This document shows, in pieces, positions 1 to 12,500 of a stretch of 64,000 nucleotides of DNA; within the stretch, counting starts at the first letter, position 1; every line of letters starts with the position of its first letter. Source of the stretch: Antedon mediterranea. Its lineage: Eukaryota > Animalia > Echinodermata. The position numbers and the translations under genes are program-made. Location of the stretch: contig NC_092676.1 of NCBI RefSeq assembly GCF_964355755.1, positions 4,131,888 through 4,195,887 on the forward strand, read 5' to 3'. The notes beneath the pieces are model-generated. The model was not told where the DNA came from. It made no database searches and was given only the letters and a program-made list of their open reading frames with translations.

Positions 1-335
1 TAATGTTGTGATCAAAATTATAAGAAATGCAGTTATTTTGTTTCTTACATTGTCAGCATATAGTGTTTTGCTATATAAGGCCATATATATATATAATTAT
101 GTTGACCAAATTTCAAAGTATATAGGTAATAATCTTGACCTAGATCCTTAATGATCTGAAGGTATGATTCCACACCTGTTATTTGAGATATTAGGTTTGT
201 GTCCCACCCCAAAAATAACTTCTTTAGTGATCTCACAATGTAAATATGTATGATTATTTTTATAACTAAAAATAATTCAATTGTTAAAAGATGAAGCTAA
301 ATGGCCCTGTTAGATATGAGGCTTCTATTCTCTAG

Positions 336-545
336 GCTTGGCACCAACCAACCCGTTTACTAACACAGCAAAACCCAGCATAGGATCGCCGTCACGTGGC
401 TATGAACGCCACAGCTGGACTCCAAGCATCCTAGAACCAGAGGGTGGCTTAGAATCTGGCGGTAATGCCGTCGCTGATCTGGAAGCTTTCTTCAGTTCAC
501 CCTCCGTGTCCCCTAGCGGAACACCTACTCGCCAAACAAGATCTG
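336..545 (+). CDS. PICALM: PICALM-like exon (GLAPTNPFTNT...TPTRQTRS); alternative donor at 462 possible
   Basis: Acceptor tctctag|gc, NPF motif, phase-1 donors at 462 (gtaatg) or 546 (gtactt). Confidence 0.65.
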
Positions 546-3500
546 GTACTTTTTTGACATCTGTCATGACCCATTCCTCCTGTGTTTGGATGTTGTTGTG
601 ACTCCTCCCTCTTGTGTTTGAATGTTTGTCATGACTCCTCCCTCTTGTGTTTGGATGTTTGTCATGACTCCTCCCTCTTGTGTTTGGATGTTTGTCATGA
701 CTTCTCCCTCTTGTGCTTGGATGTTTGTCGTGACTTCTCCCTCTTGTGTTTGGATGATGTATGCATTTAGAATGTACTGTGTCTGGAAGCTATTAACCAC
801 TACCATTTTCCATGGGTTTTTTTTCAATGTCTAAATTCTTGATATATCTTTTATTTTTTTCTCATTGTTTTGAATTTTCTCCACAGTACTTTATTTCAAG
901 TGGATGTACTGTTTAGTTATAAAATGAGTCGGACAGAATGATTGAAAGAGAATATATTAATTTAAAAAGACAGCGGTTGAAGATAAATAAAATTTAAATA
1001 TAATTGTTTGGATATCTTCAATATTCTGTACACAAATGTCATGCAAATATTTTTCGATTTCTATGCACAACTTTATGGAGAACACCAATATTAGTGAGTT
1101 CTACTCGGCCCAATTTTAACTTCTCAAACCACCCAAACTGGATAGCTGAAAAGCCTAATTTCACCATAGGCACTCCAGAATTCCTCTGGATATCTGAACG
1201 TACTTAATTTTTTTCAAACCTAGCTTTAACTTATTGACAACCTAACCCCTACAATTCTCTACCTGCCTGGGACACACAGATCATGTTTTTTTTTTTATGA
1301 GGGTGATCCATCCATTTTGTCTAATAGAAGCACAATCATGCAAGGGGATCTGAAATAAATACAAACTCTATTTAAAAAAAATCTTTTTTTTTACACCTTA
1401 CACAAAGTTTAGATATGAATATGTAGCATGGTGGTAATTGTCTATCAACTGTTCAAATGATAACGCATGTTAAGACTTTGTTGTATTTATTTACCATATT
1501 TTCCCTACAATTTCAGTTATTTATGTAAATATGTGTTTGTATAAATATACAGTATCTAATTTTAATCGAAAGTTTAATTATATTTTTTTTTTTAATGAAT
1601 TACTGTATACTTTAATATATTTTTATCCCGTACACACTGTATAATCATGAAAATATACATATTATATTTTATTTATTAGATTATTATTATATATTTAAAT
1701 AATGATTTAATTCCTCTTAAGCTCTGTCTATACTATCAAACTAGTTTGACAAAAAAAGTGTGATGTGCCCAAATATGGTAGTGATATGCTCAAATATGGT
1801 AGTGATATGACAATTGACATCATCATGTCCATATATGGGCACGTCATATTTTTTTGTCACATAGTTTGATAGTGTAAACACAGCTTAATGCTAATTAACA
1901 AAGGTGCTAATTTTTCACAGGCTGCTATACAATATTTAATAAGAAGAATTATTACTTTGTCATTATAATTTTCAGGCATGCTGCCACCAACTAACTCTCC
2001 TTCACCTTCAACCAATAGCCTCATCGATCCAGGCTTAACAGCTTATAGTTCTAGGCCAATTCAAACAGGTAATAAAGGTTGCACGCTGCAAATAACTATT
2101 AAAAGTCTAGCTTTTTTAACAATTTATCACTTTGTATTTAGACTAACATAACAATTTGGTACTAATCAATACTAATGTTTTATAAAGCCTAGTTTCTTTA
2201 AAGTCAATATGCTGCTGATAAAATGTTCCAATTGGTTGAATTTAATATCGACATAGTATGCAGAACAGTATCATGATTTCTTAAGCGGGAAATTGAGTTT
2301 TTTTTAATCCACAAAATGGTCACATCTTATTTTTCTCATCCCACCCCCTTCATCTCATCCCAAGAGATTTTTAATATATTTAATGAGGTTGATCCATCTA
2401 GCAATTGATGATCATTATACAATTCGGTTCATTTTGATAACCCCCTGTGTATAAATGCACGCATAAGTAAAAATGTGTGTAACGAACAAACTTCAAAATG
2501 TCTCTGTTAAAGATCCAACATATTTCGTCTGTCTCCAACATCAGGATTTTAAAAATTACAATTTAAATTGATATTGACAAATTAACGGAAAATTTAGTCC
2601 TGCCAATGCCATGTGCCAGTGAACTTATTGATTTTAAGTAAAACAGGCTTAAGTTTCTATTTAAACTCAAATAATTCAAATCAAATTTAATAACAATAAT
2701 ACAGGTAGGTATTTGAGTTATCAAATCATTGCTTAGTTCAGAATTGTCTCATTGCTCTTAATTTGTAATAGTTTGTACCAAATAATAATAGAAACACAAA
2801 ATACATGAATCGACCGTAATACGCATGACATGATGACCATTTGCCTGATGGCAAGGAACGGGAATGCGTTGATACATTTCGGCAGGTATTGTTATCTCCC
2901 AGAAATGTTAAGGACAGTGTTTAAATTCTGGTACCCTCTGGAATTTCCCCTGGCATGACAGTGTGCGTGACACCCAGGTACCTTGGAATTTCCCCTGGGA
3001 TGACAGTGTGCGTGACACCCTGGTACCTTGGAATTTACCCTGGGATGATAGTGTGCGTGACACCCTGGTACCTTGAAATTTCCTCTGGGATGACAGTGTG
3101 CGTGACACCCTGGTACCTTGGAATTTCCTCTGGAATGACAGTGTGCGTGACACCCTGGTACCTTGAAATTTCCCCTGGGATGACAGTGTGCGTGACACCC
3201 TGGTACCTTGGAATTTCCCCTGGGATGATAGTGTGCGTGACACCCTGGTACCTTGGAATTTACCCTGGGATGACAGTGTGCGTGACACCCTGGTACCTTG
3301 GAATTTACCCTGGGATAACAGTGTGCGTGACACCCTGGTACCTTGGAATTTCCTCTGGAATGACAGTGTGCGTGACACCCTGGTACCTTGAAATTTCCCC
3401 TGGGATGATAGTGTGCGTGACACCCTGGTACCTTGGAATTTCCCCTGGAATGACAGTGTGCAAGGCACCCTGGAATGCCCGTGGCATCACCCCTGGCATC

Positions 3501-6500
3501 TTGTGTTTCTACTATTTTTGTTATAATATAGAATGCTTAGGAATCTGTAGAACCAAACCCTCACGTCAATAACTGTATATATTAACATAATATTTTTATG
3601 TACAAAATAATTCCAAGAAAAAACATTTCTAAACGTCAACTTCCAATTAGTTATAATGAAATAACTACTGAAGTAAACACCAAATTACTGCAGTAATCAT
3701 TTCATTATAATTGATAAGAAATTAACCTACAAACCAGCATGAGTATCCAACATTTTTCAGATGACCTTTGACCCCAAGTAAGTGTCGTATGCTTGTTATT
3801 GTTTTGTATCACTGTGCATTTTTTCCTTCATTTTGCCATTCATTGTTAGGGGTCATGCAAACTCAAGTAGGGGCTAACTTTGATCAAGCCTTTGGTACGG
3901 CATCTACCAAAACGTCAGGTAGGTTCATGCAATGGGTATTAATACCCAAAGAAGGGGTGCAATCTAGAAGTAGTGGTACAATCTAGAATTAGGATACTAA
4001 CTTGAAGAACGGATATAGCAAAGGGGAAAAGGTCATTCCGAAATTCTAGAAACAGATCGAAGCCCTGCCCTTTTGTTTCATAATAGTTCATATTATTTAT
4101 TAATACAAATTTTTCATTCACTAACATTTTTTTTTTTAATTCAAGTTCAACTTTAAAATGAGATATTTTTTTTTTTAAAGCAATTCAAAGAACGGGTCAT
4201 TCTAAACAAAAAATTATTACTTAAACTAATGATGTTACTGTATTGCCAAACAATTGCATTTTACTTTAAAGGCCAAAACTCGAGTTGCAAAAGCTGATTG
4301 ATTTTGATCTTTTTTGTCACATTTTATTGTTTATTTTATGTGTGACATGAGTGACAAATAAAGTATTTACACAAATGTATCATTTCTTACATTGAATCCA
4401 ATACAAATTTTAATTTCTGCCATGTTGTCTTATATTTTGTTGAATTTTAACAATTGTTAATAACATTTTTAATTCATTTAGTGTTTATTGTGTTCAGAAT
4501 GTTCTATTAAGAATGTCATGCGTTATTAATTTGCCAGGCCTGCATAATCAATTTACATTAGAGATTATTTACAATAATGTACTATGCATGTGCTGCCCTC
4601 TCTTGTTTGATTTATCCAAGGTAAGCCTGTGTGAGGGCAGTATAATTGTCAAAACCTTCTAACCATTTCAAGATCTTGTCTCATGTTTAATTTCCCAGGC
4701 ATGCAAAATCATTACATTATGATTATCTTTAATCCTCTATCTCAAATTTACTATGTATGTGCTGCCCTCTCTTGTTTGATTTACCCAAGTTAAGCCTGTG
4801 TGAGGGCAGTATAATTGTCAAAACCTTCTAACCATTTCAAGATCTTGTCTCGTGTTTAATTTCCCAGGCATGCAAAATCAATTTACGTTGTGTATTAGAG
4901 ATAATAGTATATGATTATCTTTAATCCTCCTTGTCTCAATCTAATGTACTATGTATGTGCTGCCCTCTCTTGTTATTGTTTCCAAGATAAACCTGTTTGC
5001 TTGCAGTTTAAAGTTTAATATATGAATATTATTACTATTATTACGAACACTTTGTTTTAATAAGTAGAATGCTGTCAGAAAACTAATATAATAATTAACA
5101 AAATAAAAAATGATTTCATATTGATAAATTTCAGGCGGAGCTGAATTACTCGGAGAGGTTATGCAGCCGATGAACAAGAGAATAGAACCAACACCCCCCG
5201 CAGAAAATCTTGTTTCAAATGGAACAAGCAAGGATATTGATAGCACATTGGCACATCTAGCCACTAATCTAAATATGAAAGGAGGAACACCGAAAAAGTA
5301 ATTATATATGACCTTTGACTCTTAATTTCAAATTCAGATATTTACTTACCTCTTAGAAATGTGTGTATACTCTACACTTATTTTTGTTTTATTTCAACAA
5401 TATTTTACAAGGGTGGTCCAAAGCTGATCATTAGGGACCCTCACAAAAAACAATATGACAAGAAATAAACATATAACAATTCTCACTGATTGTAAACAAT
5501 TAAATTAAAATTAGAATTTATAAAGATAAACAAAATCAAATAATGCACAAAAAAATTTGAATTTAAAAAAATGTAAAATTAGAAATAAAATAAAATAAAT
5601 ATGTATTGTATGTATGTATATTATAACTTCTCTTCCCCATCTTCTCCCACACCCCCTCCTCATCCTATCCAAGCAATCTCACTGTACTTTGTGTCTACAA
5701 GGACTTAATATTATAACTTCTCTTCCCCATCTTCTCCCACACCCCCTCCTCATCCTATCCAAGCAATCTCACTGTACTTTGTGTCTATAAGGACTTAATA
5801 TTATAACTTCTCTTCCCCATCTTCTCCCACACCCCCTCCTCATCCTATCCAAGCAATCTCACTGTACTTTGTGTCTACAAGGACTTAATATTATAACTTC
5901 TCTTCCCCATCTTCTCCCACACCCCCTCCTCATCCTATCCAAGCAATCTCACTGTACTTTGTGTCTACAAGGACTTAATATTATAACTTCTCTTCCCCAT
6001 CTTCTCCCACACCCCCTCCTCATCCTATCCAAGCAATCTCACTGTACTTTGTGTCTACAAGGACTTAATATTATAACTTCTCTTCCCCATCTTCTCCCAC
6101 ACCCCCTCCTCATCCTATCCAAGCAATCTCACTGTACTTTGTGTCTACAAGGACTTAATATTATAACTTCTCTTCCCCATCTTCTCCCACACCCCCTCCT
6201 CATCCTATCCAAGCAATCTCACTGTACTTTGTGTCTACAAGGACTTAATATTATAACTTCTCTTCCCCATCTTCTCCCACACCCCCTCCTCATCCTATCC
6301 AAGCAATCTCACTGTACTTTGTGTCTACAAGGACTTAATATTATAACTTCTCTTCCCCATCTTCTCCCACACCCCCTCCTCATCCTATCCAAGCAATCTC
6401 ACTGTACTTTGTGTCTACAAGGACTTAATATTATAACTTCTCTTCCCCATCTTCTCCCACACCCCCTCCTCATCCTATCCAAGCAATCTCACTGTACTTT

Positions 6501-9500
6501 GTGTCTACAAGGACTTAATATTATAACTTCTCTTCCCCATCTTCTCCCACACCCCCTCCTCATCCTATCCAAGCAATCTCACTGTACTTTGTGTCTACAA
6601 GGACTTAATATTATAACTTCTCTTCCCCATCTTCTCCCACACCCCCTCCTCATCCTATCCAAGCAATCTCACTGTACTTTGTGTCTATAAGGACTTAATA
6701 TTATAACTTCCCTTCCCCATCTTCTCCCACACCCCCTCCTCATCCTATCCAAGCAATCTCACTGTACTTTGTGTCTACAAGGACTTATGCTATATTTCTT
6801 TCTATCTATCCAATGTTAGTTTCATTATGACGCATGACTTATTTCACGGAAAACATAAAGAATTACTAATAATGAATATTTTAGTGGTAATCGTTTCTCA
6901 ACGTTGATAAGAAATTGAGAATTGAGATTGACAATTAAAGTTTGTACATACAGATTTAAATCTGATTGGTTATTTGGTTGCTGGACAAAATGGTAGACAG
7001 TTGATTGGTTGGCTTAATAATAGGCAGTTGATTGGCTGGTAGCTTGAAACAAGTAAAAGATAGTTGATTGAAAGATGGACAAAATTTAAATAGACAATTG
7101 ATTGGTTGAATAAGGTGTAAAGAGCCAAATAGAGGACAAAACTTAAGAGAGTTTATTGGCTAGTTGTTCAAAAAAGTTATAGATGAAAGATAGACGCATG
7201 GTTGACAAAATTAATGATGTTTGATTGGTTGGCAAAATTAAAGATGTTTCATTGGCTGGTTCATTGTAATCATTTCTATCTATGTTTTAAAAAAAAATAA
7301 AACATCATGTCCTAATTTATTTAAAGATATAATGTCCCCCTAAAAATATAATTTTTTAACATATTTTGTAGAATATTATTATTATTTTAATGTCACATAT
7401 TAGTTATTCACTTTGACCAAAAATTGGATCATAAACAAAATGTATTTACCAGAAAAAATTTAATTTAATGCAAAAAATAGTCAAATGGTTTTTGGTTGAA
7501 TTTAACTGTTTGTTTTGTCATTTTATAAGTGAAAACATTATTTTTTGAGTTCTTTTTCCCAATTGAAGTGATTAACTTAATTAAAACTACAAAATAACCT
7601 ATTCAAAGTCTGAATTGATTAATCTTCATTTTTCATGCTTTTGGGGGACAATAAATGTTTACTGATAATTTTCAGAGCCGATCACCAATGGACCAAAAAC
7701 CCTTCCAAGAATATGAAGACAGGTGGCGCTAATTGGGCCCCACAACAGACAACGTCAACAACGACATGGCCACAAGGACAACAATATATGGTAAGATATA
7801 AATAAAAAGAAAACATCATTTCATATTTAATACCCGATTCACTCTAAAAATCTAGTAAAATATCATCTTAAGCTCTGTCTACACTATCAAACTAGTTTGA
7901 CAAAAAAAGTGTAATGTGCTCAAATATGGTAGTGATGCTTAAAGGACAACTTTCCCGAGGACCATATTTTAACAACGTATTAGGGATGTACATATGATTT
8001 CAGAACCATCGCGAATTAAGGATATTGCTGAACGCGCTCGCCGTACAGCCGTCGCCGTAAATTGCTGTGACGTCACAGGTGCATTGCAAAATTTACGTAA
8101 TGATTTTTCAGGCAAAGTCTGTACGGCGAGCGTGTGCGGCGATATCCTTAATCTCGTGATTTTTCTGAAATCATATGTACTTCCCTAATACGTTGTAAAA
8201 ATATGGTCCTCGGTAAAGTTGTCCTTTAAATATGGTAGTGATATGACATCATCATGTCCATATATGGATTTTTTGTGACATCAATTTTGATAGTGTGGAC
8301 AGGACTTAAGTTCTGAGTCAAGAAACAGAACCCTCAATGAAAACTCCAATTTATATATTTTTATGTAATTTTATGGTATAAATTTACAGAAATTTGTAAC
8401 TTTTAAACTTGTATAAATATTTATCTAACAAAATGTAATCACAAATTAAGTAATTGATATAATTAAAAATAAATAAATAAACTCAACTTAATATCAGGCC
8501 AAACTTAGTCTATACAGACGAGGTGTATTAAATCACAAGTCTACAGTAGTTCTAGTAATAATAATAAATACTTTATTTTAACACGCAAATGCTTGTATCA
8601 CCACAAAGGTGTTCTTGTACAAAGACCTGATCTACTTTAATACATTACTAAATGTAAAAATAACAAAAGAGAAAATAAAATAAACTGAAACCTTAATTAT
8701 TTATCCTAGGAATACAAAATAAAATTACACCAATAATCTTTTAAAATTATCGAAAAATAATGATTTGGGTTAAAATTATTTTTCTTTTAAATGTATACAA
8801 ATGTATCTGGCTATTTTCACTTATAATTCAGAATTTTTTGGTCTTCTTTATCTAAGTGAGATTTAATTAAAAAAAAAAAAGTAATATACTAGAATATTAG
8901 AATTGAACGTCAGTTTTACAAATCTATCAACTATGATTGTTTTCAAAGGTAATTGAATTCTACTGTAGAATCATATAATCGGTTATACAGATAGATTTTA
9001 ATTATTAACATGTTCGATTATCTAGCATGCCAGATTCAGTACTTGATAGAAAACGTACAACTAGCGACAATGAATATTTTAGTACTACTGTTAAGCGTTT
9101 TACAGCATTTATGAAAGTCAATGTTCTAAGATTGGCGATTAATGTTTTGTATCTGTACATACTGTATTGAATTGTTATTGGTTGGTTGGTTGTCCGACAA
9201 AATCGTAAACAGTTGATTGGTTGACAAAAGTATGAAGAGCTAATTGTGTGACAAAGTTAAAGACAGTTGATTGGCCGATTGAAACACAAAATCATAGACT
9301 GTTGATTGGTTGATAACATTGTAGACAGTTGATTGGCTAAATAGACAAGGCAGTTAATTTTGAAACAAGTGAAAGATAGAGAGTTGATTGGCTGGTTGAT
9401 TGAAACAAGTCAAAGAAAGTTGATTGGCTGTAATTATACACAGTCGACAAACATCATGTACTATTGAATTGTTAATATGTTTTTTCAAGATGTTGTTTTC

Positions 9501-12500
9501 TTCCTATTTTCAATGCTTATCACAGGAGGTACAGTAATATTATGGTTTGAAAACTAATTTACTCTTTAATCTAGTGTGTGACAATGTTTGTAGATAATTT
9601 GGGAGAATATGAAGATAGGGGAGTCCATTTATTATATAACCGCATCATTAGGTCCATCATCAAGCATTTTGGTCATGTCATATCGTTAATGACATTTTTA
9701 TTGTCATTAATATAATGACAGTGTCATTTATATCATCATCAGTATTGTCATCATCCTTACCATCATTGTTGCCGTCATCATCACCATCATTGTCATCACC
9801 AACATCACGATCATCATCGTTATCATCACCATCACCATCGTCTTTATCACCATCACCATCGTCTTTATCGTCGCCTTTGTCATCTTAATCATCATCACCA
9901 TTATCATCATCTTCAGCATCATCATCATTGTCATTATCATCAAATATCATCATTGACATTGTTTTGCATTGTCATCATCTTATTAATATTATCACCAATA
10001 TTGTCATTGTTCTCCAATATATTTCCATCATCTTATTAATATTATCACCTATATTAGATGAGTGGAAATAGACTTTTCAGTCAAACAAATTGCAACAGTT
10101 TGTTTTTTTGCTGAAATATGCTCAACTATATGTAGATATTATCATATCCAAAATCTACCCTGATCTGCCCATTATAAATTACCTAATTTGCATAAAATCA
10201 AAATGGCTGCCATTTTACAACTTTGATCCCAATTATCTCTTAAACCATAAAGAATTTGGTGTAAGAATGTATTGAACACAAATATAAACATGACCCCAAA
10301 GATTCAGAATAATATATTTGATTTGTCTTTGGGGTCAAGGTCAAAGGTCATTCCAGTATGGCCTCTAAAATATGCTAATTATCTCTTAATCCATTAGGTA
10401 TTTTGAATAAGAATGTATAAGTACAAATATAAATGTGACCCTAAATATTTAAAATAATGTATTTGATCAATATTGTCAGTATCAATTGTAAACAGCATGG
10501 TTCATAGCCATTTTGTCTCAATAAGCATGTTATATTTGATGGTTCTAAAATAAACGTGTAAATATTATAATTTTTACATTACACAAAAATTAGAAATTAT
10601 GTAAAATAATGTTCAGTGAAATTCTAAGTAGGATTTAATTATGAACATTATTACCATATTTGGCTAATTACAAATGCTAATATTATCTTTTTTGGATAAC
10701 CCGTATCGCCGTAATTATATAAAAACACTATACCATTTGAATAAACTTAGTATATCCCACAAGGCCCCACCACAGAAGAAAGCTGAAAACATTATTGGAT
10801 GCAACTAATTACAGTAGTCAAATACATGATTGCTAAACAAAAAAATAAATTATATATTATTTCTTAATTTGTAGCAACATACTAGAAATTTTATGTACAA
10901 CTTGCACCATTTGTTTTTATTTATTTATTTTTATTTTAATTCAAATTATCACACAGGCACAAAAATAGAAAAACATAAAATAAACCATGACATTAAACTT
11001 AGCACTTAGCAACAAATTATATATATTTGTATGTACAGTACTATAAACTCTTTACAACTGCATGTTTCAATATTATTATTTTTCTTTATGTTCTTCTTGT
11101 AATTTAGTATACCTTACATCTGTTATCCATCACTATGTATAAACATATGTTAGTTATTTTTTGTAAAATTCTGCATGAGTTCCACTTACAAGTAAACCTG
11201 TTTTATTTACCTTTGACATTCTTAAAGGAGGGAATCCAGTCTCAGCCACCCAAGCTGGTAAGTAGACACACATATGCACACTATTCATACGGACCTCTTA
11301 CTCATCTTCGGGTTTTGAAAAATTATAATGTTTCGTTTTTCGGCATGCATGATGTACGAGATTTATTAGTTTTGATAACGTCACGGTGAAGAATTCATAT
11401 TAATGGAATCAGATAGAATAGAAAACATCACATCATCATCAATGTATTTACTGTAGTTTAATCATGACAACTGGTTGGGTATTGTAGTTGGTTTATAATT
11501 AATTCACTATACTGGCTTTGGTATAGCACTCTATCCAATAAAGTATAACATACTGGTAACATACTGAACTCCTATCTCATAATGGGTAACATACTGAACT
11601 CCTATCTCATAATGGGTAACATACTGAACTCCTATCTCATATTAGGGTGACATACTGAACTCCTATCTCATATTAGGGGTAACATACTGAACTCCTATCT
11701 CATAAAGGGTAACATACTGAACTCCTATCTCATATTAGGGGTAACATACTGAACTCTTATCTCATAAAGTATAACATATTGAACTCCTATCTCATAAAGT
11801 GTAACATACTGAACTCCTATCTCATAAAGGGTAACATTAACCGCTTAAAATAATCTTTGTAACATCACCTATTTAGGAGATAATTTCCCATTAAAATGAA
11901 CTAGAAGCGATATGTGTGCTAACATGACGGCCGTATTAAGGGTAAACTTTTGTTTGGTCCTGGAGTTGTCATATTAATACAGGTTGTACTGTATGAACAT
12001 TTAATATACTTTATAACAGTGTGATCAATGATTATTAATAATATTAACATGTTTCATAATGGTGTTGAATATGAATTTACAAAAAACATATTGATAACAT
12101 TAGTTTTAGTCATCTTATAATATATTCTAATATCATATAAAAAATACATAATATTTTAGCCTATAATTATTTTAATATGTTTTATTTGTAATACGCTTCC
12201 ATTGAGATCAGTGCTACTAAATCAACAAAGACATTTAGTATATGTTATATATGTATGTGACCCCTTCATTCAGAGATGATATCATGGTGACCTCTGCCCC
12301 CATCCAAAAAAACCCCTCTATTACTGAATAGTGTTCTATTCTCTATAGTTTAATGCAGGCTTTTTATTGGCTTACATATCAAATTAATAGCAGAAAATAT
12401 TTTAAACCTTCATTACATTTACTAAATATATATTTCTTCCCGTCGTCTTGTGCGGTTAAGGACTGTAAACTGTAGGTCAAATGTACACAAAAATGCTTGT

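Noticed and set aside
2908-3572. Repetitive ORFs on both strands
   Set aside because: Artefacts of a 45-bp minisatellite.
5869-6690. 273-aa Leu-rich repetitive ORF
   Set aside because: It is the translation of a 90-bp minisatellite, has stops in variant units, lacks an LRR consensus and splice support, and lies in a PICALM intron.
9728-9943. Met-rich ORF
   Set aside because: (CAT)n microsatellite.
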